Shown: positions 25,561 to 40,906, numbered from the stretch's first letter. The stretch: 64,000 nucleotides of DNA from Lama guanicoe (GCA_013239625.1 MU054204.1:743537-807536), one strand, 5' to 3'. Program-made: numbers and translations. Notes: a model not told the origin generated them from the letters alone.

Positions 25561-27256
25561 TGTGGGGCTACTGGGATGCTGCTAGCAATGTTCTATTTCT
25601 TTCCTGGGTGGTAGTCATATGACATTTACTTTATAATAACTTTTAGCTGTACATTTATGTTTTATGCATTTTTATATTGGTGTATTAGTTTTCAAAATCC
25701 ATATATTTTAAAAATACTAAACCATAAAAGAAATAGAACAAAACCTAACCAAGTTCTGATTTGTCCATGATTTATATTTAATGTAAAATTGATTACAATT
25801 TTTGTGGTGCCCTGCTTTGCTGGTGCCCTAGGCACTTGTTTATTTAAATAACCTGGTAGTGTTCTAAATGAATGACATCACATTACCAGACACAACATTG
25901 GCTGGTCTTCTGGCCCCAGCCCCGTGTGACCTTTTGCTTTTTATCACTCTTTCAGGTAGAGTTAATGGTTTCTTTCCACTGCACTTTGTGTCAGTGCTGA
26001 TCACAATGAATTGAAATTAGGTGTTGACTGTGTGTCTCCCACACATTGGACTGAACTCCTTCTGAGAAGAATGGTGCCTTGTTCATTTCTGAAATATCAG
26101 TGCTTTGTGGTTGGCACTTGGTAACATTTGTGGAATGAATGATGGGCTCTTATTAGGACCAGTTATCAAAGTCATCCCTCCCTCATAGTCTTGTTCTACA
26201 ACTGCATTATAAGCCTGGCTATTTTGGCTAAATCCTGGGACTGATACTGTCCAACTGACACCATTTATTTTCTGAGCAGCCTCATCCTCCTAGAATGTAG
26301 GGCTGGTATAAAATTCACTTATTTAGGATACATTTATTGACAGTCTGCTACATGCCCTGATCTGTGCCTGCAGTACAAAGAGGCAAAATCTAAATTGAAA
26401 GTGTAATCAAATGCTGAATTTCTCACAGGAGAAATTGGTCTGTGTGAATCATTTATTAAGCCTTCTACGTGGATGGCTCCTAAAATTAACTGTTGGCATC
26501 ATCTTCTAGAGTCCCCAGGGGTTGTTTTTAATAATTTTTCGAAGTTTTAATATTGGTTCTGTTTTTGTTTTTGTTTTTCCAAGAGAGTGTTTTCCAAGCT
26601 CCTCACTCAGCCATTCTGAAAAATCCCCCAAATTATTTATTAATTGTTATACAAGATTTTCTACCCATGAAAATAGATACTGTAATTTTCAAATAGTCCC
26701 AAATAAAGAGGCATTGCTGTTTTAAAACATAAAGCAAAGATTGTTTCTTCATTGCTCCAAAGCACAAAACAAAATAAAACTTGTCAAAATCATTTTTAAT
26801 ATTCAACTCATAAAATAACAAATATTAAGTAATCTGATGGTCCTTGACAATTATGAGGTAGTTTTGTTTTCATGTTTTTTTCTTAGAGATGTTTTATGTT
26901 TTTAATTAATCAAATTTCTTTACCTGTATCTTTATATTTTATACCTATCCTATCCCAAGATTTACAACACTCTCCCATATTTCCTTTTATAATTTTACAT
27001 TTTATGTTCAGGCCTTTAATCTATCTGAAATTTACTTTTATGAAAGTTGTGAGGTAAAGATCTCACTTTATTTTTCCTAAATGGATAACCAGCTTTCCTA
27101 AGACTATTTATTGAGTACTTCATCCTTTCTCCTTCGTCAAAAACTGAATTCCCATATGTACTTGGATCTATTTTGAACTTTTTACTCTGATGCATTGACC
27201 TATTTGTCAACTTTTGTTCCATTACCACATCATTTTAATGACTACATCTCTATGGT

Positions 27257-27727
27257 ATTTTTAAATTTTGTTTTTATTGAAGTGTAGTTGATTTATGATG
27301 TTAGTTTCAGGTATACAGCAAAGCAATTCAGTTGTGTGTGTGTGTGTGTATAATTTTTTCAGATTCTTTTCCACTATGTCATTATAAGAAATTAAATATA
27401 GTTCCCTGTGCTATACAGTATGAGCTTGTTGTTTATCTATTTTATATATAGTAGTTTCTCTCTGCTAATCCCAAAACTCCTAATTTATCCCTCCCCCACC
27501 CTTTCCCCTTTGGTAACCATAGTTTGTTTTCTATGTCTATGAGTCTATTTCTGGTTTGTAAATGTATCTTTTTTTAGTTTCCACAAATAAGTGATATCAT
27601 ATGATATTTGTTTTTCTCTGTCTGACTGACTTCACTTAGTATGATAATCTCTAGGCCCATCCATGTTGCTGAAAATGGCATAATTCCATTATTTTTATGG
27701 CTGAATAGTATTCCATTGTGTGTGTAC

Positions 27728-27778
<51 letters not shown>

Positions 27779-27973
27779 AACTTCTTTATCCAGTCATCTT
27801 TCTGTGGACATTTAGATTGTTTCCATGTCTTGGCTATTGTAAATAGTGCTGCTATGAACATTGGGGTGCATGTGTATTTTTGAATTATAGTTTTCTCCAG
27901 ATATATGTCCAGGAATGGGATTGCTGGATCATATGGTAAGTCTATTTTAATTTTTTTAAGGAACCTCCATACT
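27257..27973 (-). mobile_element. L1 3' fragment inserted in an older L1M (-, ~26850-28530)
   Basis: L1 3' UTR and ORF2 C-terminus on the minus strand, with (TG)n(TA)n expansions. Confidence 0.88.
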
Positions 27974-28719
27974 GGCTATTGTATGTTTTGACATCTGGGA
28001 AGATCTCCTCCCATTGTCATTTTTCAAAATTGTCTCAGCTATTCTTGCACATTTTCTATTCCAAGAGATTTTTAGAATCAATTTGTTGAGTTCTGTAAAA
28101 ATTATCATTAAGATTTTGATTGGGATTAAATTTATAGACTTTTTGAGGTCACTGACATCTTTACAGTATTGAGCTTTACATAGTGAAATATAACATATTC
28201 ATCACTTCACTCACATATTCTTCCATTTCCTCAGTAATTTTTTATATTTCTCTTCATCTAAATTTTGTACAGTTATCATTAGATTTTTTCCTTAGGCAAT
28301 TTATAGTTCTGGGAATTATTGTGACTGTGATCTTTGTAAAATCTATTACATTGTCCAGTAGATTATTGTTGGTGAATAAAAAGCATTATTGCTTTCTGTA
28401 TGTTGCTCTTGTATTTTGCCTCTCTGCTGAACTATTTTTATTGGTTCTAATGGTTTCTTAATTGATTGCCTTGGATTTTTTTATGCAATCACATTGTTTA
28501 CAAATAATGATAGTCACATTCCCCTTTTTAGTATTTATATCTCTCTTGCCAAGAGTAATTCATTCATTCAATTAATATTTGGCAGCTGCTTATGTGCCAA
28601 GCATTGTTCTACATTTGGGAGATACAGTAATGGACAAAACAGACAAGGTTTATGCCCTCTAGAGCTTATACTCTATTCAGGAGAGATTGACAGCCTAGAA
28701 AAGGTGTAAAAAGTCAGTC

Positions 28720-29940
28720 ATCCAGCCGCATGTAAATCAATGAAGTTAGACCACTCCCTCACAGCACACATAAAAATAAACTCAAAATGGCTTAAAGACT
28801 AAAAAATAAGACATGATACCATAAAACTCCTAAAAGAGATCATAGGCAAAACATTCTCTGGCATAAATCATAGCAATTTTTCTTAGGTCAGTCTCCCAGG
28901 ACAAAACAAATAAAAGTAAATATAAACAAATGGGACTGAATCAAACTTACAAGATTTTGCACAGCAAAGGAAACTATAAACAAAATGAAAAGACAACCTA
29001 CAGACTGGGAGAAAATATTTGCAAACAATGTGACCAACAAGGGCTTAATTTCCAAAATATACAAAACAGCTCATACAACTCAATATTAAAAAAAACCAAA
29101 CATCCCAATCCAAAAATGGGCAGAAGACCTAAAGGGACATTTCTCCAAAGAAGACATACAGACAACCAACAGACACATAAAAAGATGTTCAATATCACTA
29201 ATTATCAGAGAAATGCAAAACAAAACTACGAGGTATCACCTTTTCCGGTCAGAATGGCCATCATTAAAAGTCCACAAATGATAAATGCTGGAGAGGGTAT
29301 AGAGAAAAGGGACCCCTCCTACACTGTTGGTGGAAATGGTGTTTGCTACAGCCGTTATGGAGAACAGTATAGAGATTCCTCAAAAAACTGAAACTGGACT
29401 TACCATATGATCCAGCAATCCCACTCCTGGGCATATATCCAGAAGGAACTCTAATTTGAAAAGATATATGCACCCCAATATTCATAACAGCACTATTTAC
29501 AATAGCCAAGACATGGAAACAACCTAAATGTCCATTAACAGATGAATGGATAAAGAAGGTGTGGGTGTGTGTGTGTGTGGGTGGGTGGGTGTGTGTGGGT
29601 GTGTGTGTGATGGAATATTACTCAATCATAAAAAAGAATGAAGTTATGTGATTTGCAGCAACATGGATGGACTTGGAGATCATCATACTAAGTGAAGTAA
29701 GCCAGAAAGAGAAAGAAAAATACCATATATCACTTTTATGTGGAATCTAAGACAAGGACACAAATGAATTTATTCACAAAACAGACTCACAGACATAGAA
29801 AACAAACTTATGGTTACCAGGGGGGAGAAGGGGTGGGGAGGGATAAATTGGGAATATATATATATATTACTAAATCACTATGCTATACACCAGAAATTAA
29901 CACAACATTGTAAATCAACTATACTCCAAAACAAAAATCC
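28720..29940 (+). mobile_element. L1 3' fragment (ORF2 C-terminal remnant plus 3' UTR)
   Basis: ataaactcaaaatggcttaaagac..., peptide PVRMAIIK...[18 protein letters not shown], frameshifted. Confidence 0.9.
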
Positions 29941-31229
29941 CCCAAAATCCACCATTCAGACACAAGCACTGTTTCCTTCCAGACTTTTCTAGTAGTGGGA
30001 ATAATAGAATAATAACTGGTAATATTTAGTGAGTACTTACTATATGCAAGCACTATACTAAGTGTTTTGTATTTATTATCTCATTTCAGTATTCACAACA
30101 ACCCTACGAGGTATGTGATCAGCTGAGGTACAGAGAGTTTTTAGTTACTTGGCCAAATTTACAACTTTTACCTATTGACACTGGAGTTTTAATGCAGGAA
30201 ATCTGCCTCTGGAGCCCACCTCCTGCCGCTATGCTATGTGGCCTTGTATGTTAGATATTTCCTACCTAATGCTGCCTACAAAAGGCAGGCAGAGCATGCA
30301 AAAAGTGACTTGAAACTGTTTCACTTATCTTTCTTTGCCACATCCATTCCTTTTCACCAGAGCTGCTCCCTTTCTAGGAAAGGGGCTAGAAGCCACAAAG
30401 TGGTCAAATCCCATGCCACAGGAGGAGAACAGAGGAAGAAAATGAAGGTCTGGATGAAGTGGCCTGCAAATAGAAGGAAGCCAGGATCAGACAGAGTATA
30501 CCATAATAAATTTATCCTCTCTGAGCTTACACTTTGCAACAGACACTTTTGGCAGGCATTCTCCTATCTTCTTGTTAACAGAATGCTAACATTGATCAAG
30601 TCTCCAACAGAGGTCTTTTGATCTCAGGGGAGGTGGCCCAGCACTTAGGAGATGAGCCACAATTGGTTTATGACAATTACAGCAACATTCTTCCCTCAGC
30701 CAGTGACTGGCCCCAGTTTTGGCCAGTGAAGTATAAAGGGAGAGCAGCTAGGGGACTTCCGGGAAACGTTTACCTCCCTATACTAGTGACCCAGATGCCT
30801 TCCCAAAGGCTTCGCTGTGTATGGCATTAGGGACACGTGATGCAAAGTCGGCAGAGAACATGTAATCGTGCAACTCTGCAGGATAGAATACAAACACTAC
30901 TAGAGCCCAAGGTAAAGCCTAAAAGGATGGGAAGGGTTGAATGGCTAGATCATGGAGGGGAGAAGGATTCCAGAAAGATGCTAAATGGCAGGACTGAGTA
31001 CAGTAAGCTTGGCCTAGGGATGAGGTACAATGATCAATTCAGCTTGGATCACATGTCCATAATCCTTATGGTCCAAGGAATGGAAATGATTACCAGAAAA
31101 ATAAAGAGAGAAAAGGTAGTAGACAGAAACAATAGATGGCTATTATTGGGATCATCCACTAAGCACATGTTATCTGCTTGGAGAGGTCTGCCAAACCCAC
31201 CATCGCATTACTCATAGGGGTAAGATCCT

Positions 31230-31705
31230 GGCAGCCACGTAGTATTCTTGACTTCTGGACCAAACTGATTGAACCATTCAGGATCCCTGATCTGAGCTGG
31301 GACAACCAGATTCCATCCTGAGAATTTGGAATTGGAATACAGAGATGCTAGTCAGTCTCTGCTGGTCACTTAAACCTAGGACTTGTAAACCCAATAGAGG
31401 AAGCTCTATTTGGTCAAGTTCATGGAAAAACATGGAAGTCAGGATAGCAAAGTGAAGACCAGAGTGAATATGGAAAGACAAAGACCACACAGACTGAGAG
31501 GGTGGTTAAAAGAAACAGAGAATTACCTTGGTTCCTGATAACTTTCTAGTTCACAGCTTTAGTCCCTCCTGAAACATGGCTGTACTTGCTACCTTGTGTT
31601 CCATGTAACTCCCTATACCCTACAGTCAATAAGTTCCATTTTTAACTAAGCTAGCTTAGGTAGGTTTCTGTTGATAACAACTGGAGGAGTCTTGATGAAG
31701 ATACT
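31230..31705 (+). mobile_element. Old ERVL/MaLR-type LTR (LTR33/LTR16-like)
   Basis: 3' end aataagttccatttttaactaagctagc...gtttctgttgataacaac...gagtcttga. Confidence 0.5.
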
Positions 31706-31939
31706 ATATTGTTTTCTCTTCAGACCAAATGACATAAAGCTAGTTAGTCATCATCTTCATTTCACACATGAGGAAACTGAGGCCCCTCACAGGTCAGCCA
31801 TATAGTTTCCAGTGAGGTCATGCCTAATGGATGCTGTGTAGCCTTGGGCAACTCAGAGAATCTTTCTGGACCTAAGTTTGTGAAAAATGCCTGTGAGTAA
31901 TCTCTGGATCTCGAGTTCCTTGAATTAAAGATCTATTAT

Positions 31940-31948
31940 ATAAATAAT

Positions 31949-31979
<31 letters not shown>

Positions 31980-33545
31980 CATTATATAAATATATGATGT
32001 ATATATATATATATATATAAAATCACAATTTCTTCATCCATTCATTCATTGATGGACACATCTGTTGTTTCCATATCTTGGTTGTTGTGGATAATGCTGC
32101 AATGAACATAGGGGTGCATATATCTCTTCAAATTACTGTTTTTATTTTCTTCAGATAAATGCCCAGAAATGAAATTGCTGGATCACATGGTAGCTCTATT
32201 TTTCAGGGGTTTTTTGTAAGAAACTTCATACTGTTTTCCATAGTGGCTATAGCGGTTTACATTCCCACCAACGTTTTGAAGAGAACATAGAAAATCTTTG
32301 TTACCTTGGGTTAGGGGAAGAGTTCTTAGATCTCATCAACAGCACCATCCATTAAAAAATGGATAAATTAAAGTTTTTAAATTAAAATTTTTTTCAATGG
32401 GTAAACCTTGCTAAAAGAATGACAAGACAAGCCATCGACTGGGAGAAAATATTTGCAAATTCCAATCCAACAAAACCTTGTACACGGACTATATAAAGAA
32501 TGCTCTAAATTCAACAGTAAGAAAACAAACCATCTGATTCAAAAATTGGCAAAAGACTTGAATAGACACTTTATCAAAGAAGATGATATGGATCTGAAAA
32601 TACATGAAAAGACGTTCAACACCACTAGCCATTAGTGAAATACAAATCCGAATCATAATGAAATATCACTACACACCTATCAGAATGGCGAACATGAAAA
32701 ATACCAACAATACAAGTGCTAACCAGAATAGGGAGCAATTGGAACTCTCATACATTTCTGGTGAGAATGAAAAATGGTAAAGCTACTCTGGAAAACAGTC
32801 TGGCAATCTCTTACTTATAGGACGCAGCAGTTGCATTCCTGAGTATTTATCCTAGAGAAATATAAACTTATGTTCCCACCACAAAACCTGTACATGAATA
32901 TTCACAGCAGCTTTATGTGTAATAACACAAAACTGGCAACAACCAAACGTCCTTCAGTGGGTGAATGATTAAACAAATTGTAATACATCCATACAATGAA
33001 TTACTACTCAGTAATAAAGAGAAACCAGCTACTGACCCAGGCAACAACAGGTCTGGATCCCTAGGGGCTTTTGTGAAAGAAAGCTAATCCGTCTATGATT
33101 CCATTCTCTCCTGAGAATATAAAATTCTCCAAAATGACAAAATTATATAGAGAGATGGAGAATAGCTAGAAACAGTTAGAGAATGAGAAGAAATGTGTAA
33201 TTACAAAGTAGCAACATAGGGAGTTCCTTTGTTGTGACAGAACACTTATGTCTCAATTGTGGTGAGAGTTTGATCCATCTGCACATGTGATAAAATGTAA
33301 TAGAATTATACACGAAGACATACCTCCAAAATGAGTGCATGCAAAAACTAGTAAAATTTGAGTAAGAGCTATAGTCTAGATAATTGTATCAAACCAATTA
33401 ATTTCCTGGTTTTGATATGCACTTTAATTATGTAAGATGTCACCGTTAGGGGAAACTGGGTAAGGGCACACAGGACCTTCTGGGCTAATGTTGCATTTTC
33501 TTGTGAGCGCATAATAGTTAACAAATGAAAAGTCTAAAAAAAGAA
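31940..33545. mobile_element. L1 fragments: minus ~31940-32272, plus ~32273-33545
   Basis: L1 ORF2 C-terminal remnants (gactgggagaaaatatttgcaaat; KDLNRHF) and an L1M-type 3' UTR. Confidence 0.8.
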
Positions 33546-34485
33546 AGAAACTTAGAGTTGGTAGTTAAAGCTATGCCCTAATGTTCTAACACTCACACAG
33601 CCCCTGTTTGCTAGAGACTATTTGCCCAAGGGTGACTTTCCAGGATATAAACCTTGCCACAGTGTCTCTAGAGCCCTTGATCTTGGGGAACCACCAGACT
33701 GAAGAGATGGAACATTAAATATTTGGTCAGGCTCTTTACCTTAAAACAAAGTTTCTTAACCTGGAGCCCATAGACCAAGCTTTTCAAGTCTCTCAGTGCC
33801 CTCTTTGACATTTTTAAATGGTGGGTTTTTTTTTTCTTTAGAAGCTGTACACACACATGATAAAATATTTGTCAAGTACTGATTGTTAAAATTTTAAATC
33901 AAAAGCTCTCCAGCCCCGGAAGTCTAGTTCTTCTAGCCAAATGTAATTTTACTTTTGACAGTTTTGTGTCTTCTTCCAGGAAAAAGAAAGATGCAAATGG
34001 TAGCATACTGTATTCACAGTGCCTACTTTTCACACCTAATAACACAACATTAAGATCATTCCATACGAAAATGAATATATGTATATTCTTGTGTGACTGA
34101 AGCATTGTGCTGTACACCAGAAATTGACACAGCCTCGTAAACTGACTATACCTCAGTAAAAAAAGAAATATAAGCAGCAATAGTATACCTAAATAAAGCC
34201 ATTATTTACCAAAAAAAATTGTATTCAACTAAATTGAAATGTAATTCTGACAAACTTATTTTATCAATAGTAATTATACTCATTGGCAAGTCTGCTTAGA
34301 CATAATTTCCAATATTTTATTTAATTTTAAAACCCTGTGTTAATGTAACATTTGATTAATTAGTGGATAATTATTGAATACTTAAATAATTCTATATAAA
34401 ATAAAATACTTGGAATATTGGTCAAAAAAAGATCATTATATATTAGCACTACAGCTCTACCTCTTGCTTTTAAATAGTTGCTTAA

Positions 34486-34614
34486 GGGGGGAGGGTATAG
34501 CTCAGTGGTAGAGCGTGTGCCTAGCATGCATGAGGTCCTGGGTTCAATCCCCAGTACTGCCATTAAAATAAATAAGTAAATACATCTAATTATTCCCCCC
34601 CCAAAACATAACAA
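34486..34614 (+). mobile_element. Vic-1-type SINE
   Basis: Near-consensus head; 14-bp TSD aaa(t/c)agttgcttaa. Confidence 0.92.
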
Positions 34615-35069
34615 AAACAGTTGCTTAATGTTCTCAGTATTAATAGATGAACCACAGTTTCTTTCACCAAACTTCAATGGTAGACATTTAGGTTTTTTGC
34701 CATTATGAAAAATTCTGAAGTATCCTTAATATACTTGCATCATGACATGCTTTTGAGTATCTATCTATATGGTAAATTCCTAGCAGTAGTATTGTTGGGT
34801 CAAAGATACATAAATGGTAAATGCTGATGCACACTGCAAAACTGCCTCCAAAGAACCTATACCAACCATCCAACAACAGTGGAGAACACCACCTATTTCT
34901 CCTTATGCTTGCCAACCATGAGCATTTTCACACTTAAAATATTTATTTGCCATTCTGATGGGTAACAAATGGCATCACTTGTTTATTCCTGGTGATAACT
35001 AGCTTTGGATGATTATGATTCTTCTGCAGTCTCTCTCTAAACTTTCCTTGTTGTCTGCTATCCTTTATT

Positions 35070-35300
35070 TTTTTCAGTTTTATCTTTTACTGAAGTGTAG
35101 TTGATTTCCAATGTTAGTTTCAGGTGTACAGCAAGGTGATTCTGTTATACATCTTCATACATATATACATATATATATATACACACACACATATATTTTC
35201 AGATTATTTTCAATTATAGCTTATTACAAGAAATTGAAGAGTTCTGTGTGCTATACAGTAGATCCTTGCTGATTATCTATTTTATATCTAGTAGTGTGTA
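35070..35300 (-). mobile_element. L1 3' end
   Basis: tgaagtgtagttgatttccaatgttagtttcaggtgtacagc. Confidence 0.82.
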
Positions 35301-36114
35301 GTGTTGTCCTTTATTTTTAAATAAATAATCCTCTTTTTGTTACACAAGTAATAAAAACATTTACTGTATAAAGAAAAGTCAAACAATACAGAAGTACAGA
35401 GAGTAAACAGTAAAACCCCTCTTCTCCTTCCCAATCCCATCAGTCCCACTCCATCCTCAGAGCTGCAGAGTCACTGTTGTGTGCCCATGACTTTCACTCT
35501 GCTAGATGTGAACACCCCAGCACTCATTCTCATTCCAAGGATTGGAATGCTTGTGACAGGGGCATGGCTGATGTTCAGCTTTACAATATTCAGAAAGAAG
35601 GCGTTTGCTGACAACATCCACAGTAATAAAGACTGCAAATTATATGGCTAAACAAGTTATGTGGGGGGAAATGGCTAAACAATTTATGTGAACAAAATGG
35701 CTTAGAAGTCTTTCAAAACCTTTAGAGGCACCATTTCCCCACAGCAAATAAATAACATGTTTATTAAATCAGACTCCACAAGCACTTCAAGGAACCAAAG
35801 CTTAGTTAATTTATTTCCTATATGCTTTGAAAGTAGTGAGATGGGACTTAAATAGAAAGGGAGAGAGAGGCGGAACTAGTGAGAAAAGACAAAGGCATAG
35901 TCTACATGTAAGAGACAGACTGGGATAAATTATTTGACCTTTATTTATTTGACATCAAAGGAGAATAAATTACAAAGTATCTTGCTCATAGGGCTATTGT
36001 AATAAATAATAATCTATGTAAAGTACTTAGCACAGAGTTAAGCATAAAGTACTCAGTAAATGGTAGCCACCCTTAGCTATTCCTAAAATCTTTCCTAGAA
36101 GAAGGAAGACATTG

Positions 36115-36459
<345 letters not shown>

Positions 36460-36715
36460 TTAGGACAATGATGAGATCTGACCAGAAGTGGAAGAGTTGT
36501 GCAGTAGATGGGGAAGGGATGATTGAGGAGGAAAAGTACTGAAGCAGTAGGAAAAATGGAGATATTTTAGGCAAAAATCACTGTCAGGAGTGGGCAGAAC
36601 AGCTTAGGATGGGGAAGTCAGTGGGAGGGGGGACAGTAGGAGGCTGTGGCAGTACAGGAGAGAGGTCAGGGGTACACTAACACAGGAGGAAGCAGATGGC
36701 AGAATGTTGTAAACT

Positions 36716-37153
36716 GAGATGAATGGACAAAGAAAATATGGTATATACATAAAACAGAATACTATTTGGCCTTAAGAAAAAGAGAATCTTGTCATTTGCA
36801 ACAACATGAATGAACTTGAGGACATCAGGCTAAATGAAATTAGCCAGTCACAGAAAGACAAGTACTGCATGATTGTGCTTACATGAGGTGTCTAACATAG
36901 TCAAATTCATAGACTCAGAGTGCATAATGGTGGTTGCCAGGGGCTGGGGATAGGGGAGGAAATGGGGAGTTTATTAATCAACAGGCATAAAATTTCAGTT
37001 AAGTAAGAGGAATAGGCGGTAGAGAGTTTTCTGTATAACACTGTACCTGTAGCCAACAACACTATACTTTACCCTTAATAATTTTAGAGAATAGACATCA
37101 TGTTAAGTGTTCTTACCATGATTAATTAAAAAAAGAAAAGAAAAGAAAAGAAA
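36716..37153 (+). mobile_element. L1M 3' end
   Basis: gatgaatggacaaagaaaatatgg...gtcatttgcaacaacatg...(AAAAG)n tail. Confidence 0.82.
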
Positions 37154-37657
37154 ACTCCCAACCCCTGGTGCCTGACTATTTAAGGTGGGGACAGAAGGGA
37201 GAGGAGAAAACTATATTTGTTTGCAGACTAGATAGAGGGCTGGTTTTACTCCAGGTGGAGAACTGAGACTGGTAGTCTGTTCCCTACATATTGAGTATGT
37301 GGGAGGTGACTGCAGAAGACTCCAACTGGCAAGGTTTGACTAGAGGTAAAATCAACAAGGCCAAAGTCTTGGGGTCTACTTTCCAGAATTTCTGGCATCT
37401 AAACAGTTCTGATTCAGAATGGCTGCCATGACTGTCACATGTAACCAAAGATGCTAATTTAGGAACACTCACTATCCGCCTCAGACATTGGTTTTCACCT
37501 ACAGATTTCAGCACTGTTATAAAACCTCAGTCCCAGGCCTGGTGGGCCCAGAGTTTGCTACATCAAGAAGGCTACTTCAGAGGCCTGACTCCAATAGGGC
37601 TCCCATAACAACCTACAATTTCTCTGGCCTCAGACTGGTTATAGTCCAGAGATTAGA

Positions 37658-37815
37658 CCATTGCAATCTAAAGTGTGGTCCAAGGACCAGTAGCACTGGT
37701 ATTACCAGCACTGACTTAAGAATTGCAGAATCTCAGGCTCTGCCCCAGACTTACTGAATCAGAACCTGCATTTTAATGAGGTCCCCACATTAAAGTTTGA
37801 GAAGCAGTGACCTAG
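37658..37815. mobile_element. MER5A-like hAT-Charlie MITE
   Basis: aaagtgtggtcc...gcagaatctcagg...ccccagacttactgaatcagaa...aaagtttgagaagcagtg. Confidence 0.75.
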
Positions 37816-37877
37816 AACATGGCTTTGGGAGTCAGAGAGGTTTTGTATTATTTTGAGGGAGGAGGGGGAGAAAATGA

Positions 37878-38393
37878 TTTTTTTTAGTTGAAGTATAGTC
37901 GATTTACAATGTTGTGTTAATTTTTGATGTACAACATAGTGATTCAGCTAAATATATATGTACATAAATATATATTATATATAAATATATAAAAATAAAT
38001 TTATTATATATAATATAAATATATATATTCCTTTTAATTATGGGTTACTATAAGATATTGAATATAGTTCCCTGAGCTATACAGTAGGACCTTGTTGTTT
38101 ATCTATTTTATATATAGTAGTGTGTATCTACAAATCCCGAACTCCCAATTTATCCCTCCACCCCCTCTTTATCCTCTGGTAACCATAAGCTTGTTTTCTA
38201 TGTCTGTGAGTCTGTTTCTGTTTTATAAATAAGTTCATCTGTGTCTTTTTTTTTTAGGATGCACATATGAGTGATATCATATGGTATTTTTCTTTCTCTT
38301 TCTGGCTTACTTCACTTAGGATAATGAGCTCCATGTTGCTGCAAATGGCATTATCTTCATTATTTTATTTTCTTTTATGGCTGAGTAGTATTC
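37878..38393 (-). mobile_element. L1 3' end with AT-rich expansion
   Basis: ttgaagtatagtcgatttacaatg...ttatggctgagtagtattc. Confidence 0.88.
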
Positions 38394-39907
38394 AGCAAAT
38401 GACTTTAAATGCAAATGTAAAATAATGGTGTGATGAGTCCCAATTTCAGAAATTTGAAAAAATAGCAAATCATAGAGGCATAGAGGCAATGTGGTAGTTA
38501 CACATTCAATAAATATATTACTTCTGTAACCCAGCTAGATGATGGTAATAACAGTTGACATTAACTTTCAGTGAACACTTACTTTGTTTCAGGTATTAGT
38601 CTAAGTACTTTCCAGATAGGATCTCATTTAACCTTTAAAGTAATTTTATGCCTCAAAACAAAACTCTGAGACAGGTCCAATTATCATCTCCATTTAATAG
38701 ATGAGGAAACAGAGGTACAGGGTGTTTAATTGACTTGCCCAAGTTCGCATCACTAGTAAGAACTGGAGCCACAATTTCAAACTAATATATCTGATTCCAG
38801 AGGTCACAGGCTTAAATTCCATGTGCCAATTGACAAATTTTCCCTATCCCAGACCTGGAAAGCTTGATGTCCTCTTGAAGATGTCTACATTTTCAATATC
38901 ACTTGATCACTTTGGGCTTGAAGAACTCGCTGTTACTGAACTACTCTGTATCTTACTTACATCTTACCTCCTGTAGCTGATCTTTTCTCCTTTCTCTGAA
39001 GCAATCCCTACATGAAACTCAGTCTCTTTTCTTTAATTTCCTCCAGAATCACTCACAAAAGACATCTGTGTGTGTAGCAGATTTTACTGAAAGCTTGGTG
39101 CCTTACTTTTGGCATTTATCATTGGATCATTATTAACCTTGGATCTATCTTATCCACCCATTGCCCATTTGTATTCCCTTGCTCCCAGGCCATAAATCCT
39201 AGCCTATGGCTTTGAGTCTCTTCCTGTGCTTTAAAAAAAAAAGAGGACTTGGATCTGTGACTTTCAGACAGTCACAGATTCTGGTTCATGCCTTCTACCT
39301 GTTCCCAGAGCTGCCATTTCCTCTCATCTTCCCCAGCGAGGTTGCAGGTGAAAACAGAGTTACTGAACAGTCATATGACCTGGCAAATCCACAGGGGTCA
39401 AACCCTCCTTTGGGCTTGGAGCCAGGGCTTGAAACAGGCTGAAGCTGGCTCAGAATAGGCTGTAGAACAGGAAGTCAAAAACCCAGGAGAGAAATCTTTC
39501 TGGAGGAAAAAACACCTGTGGAAAGCAATCTGCTCTAATAAATATTAAATGGGAGGAAAAAAAGAAAATAAGGCATTATGAATTAGCATCACTTCAATTC
39601 CCTCTGTGTGTATGTGTGTACAAACTGTTATACATAGAAGAATAATAAAAATCAATTCACTGAAACCTTACCATTGGTATCTCTGAGATAAGAAATTATA
39701 GATAATTTTACTTTCTTTACTATGATTTTCTGTATTTTCTTATTTTTACAATGATCCTATATTTTATAATCAGAGAAAAATGAACATTATAGTTTTAAAA
39801 AGCAGATTGTTGCTTTTCACATTTGTCAGTATCATTTGTTGAATAGTTGAAAACTGAGAGGGGGTGGGTTCTGAACATTGGATTCTAATAGCTTTACTCA
39901 AGGAAGG

Positions 39908-40306
39908 TATATTAGTCACCTCAGGCAGCCATAACAAAATAACCACAGCATGGGTGACTTAAACAACAGCAATTTATATTCTCCTAGTTCTAGAGGTTGG
40001 AAGTCTGAGATCAGATTCCCAACATGGTCAGTTTCTGATGCAAGCTCCCTTCCTGGCTTGTAGACAACCGCCTTCTTATTGTATCCTCACATGAATGGCC
40101 TTTCCTCAGTGAGTACACACAGAGGGAGAGAGGCTGACATCTCTGGTGTCTCTTCTTAAAGGGACACTAATCCTGTTGGGTCAGGACCCCACTCTTATGA
40201 GCTCATTTAACCTTACTTACTCCCTTACTCCAATGACAGCCACACTGAGGGGTTTAGGGCTTCAACATATGAATTTTGTAGGGACATAAATATTCATTCT
40301 GTAACA
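39908..40306 (-). mobile_element. MaLR solo LTR (MLT1A-like)
   Basis: tattagtc...gccataacaaaat...ttaaacaacag...gcttcaacatatgaatttt...gtaaca; TSD gaagg / gaagc. Confidence 0.85.
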
Positions 40307-40906
40307 GAAGCAAAGGGAAGGGGACTACATACCTATATACATAGGCCAGGCAGTTTCACATATAATTTTATGAAATTCTCACAACAACCTTGGAAGATAG
40401 GTGTTATTTTTCCTATTGTATATGTAATAACAGCAATAGTAAAATTTATTAAGCACTTACCACGTGGCAGGCACAGTGCTATGGGGGAATCCCTGTTAAG
40501 TAGTGGAAAAAAGCTTATTGAAGTTGTTGCCTGAATTTATGTAGAATGCATACGTGATGGATTTGCTTATTTACTTAACAAGGCTTCCAAGCAAAGTGTT
40601 GAAGGCATAGCCTGTTTATTTCTTGCTGTTCATAGTAAAATGTGAGAGGGGAGAAATAAATCAAGGGAAGACCTGTTAAACCTAGAAGGAATCAGTACTC
40701 GATGATTCTCAGCCTCTCCAAGTGGCAGAAGATGCTGAAATTAAGAAATGTTAGCTATAGTGATTGTGGTGGTGGTTTCATCGGTGTATACATGTAACAA
40801 AATTCATCAAAATGTACATTTGAAATATGTGTCGTTTACTGTACAGGAACATACCACAATAAAGGTTTAAAAAACATAAAGCCAAAAAATACACAATTAA
40901 CACAGG

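Noticed and set aside
28930..29391. 153-aa ORF
   Set aside because: Frameshifted L1 ORF2 remnant.
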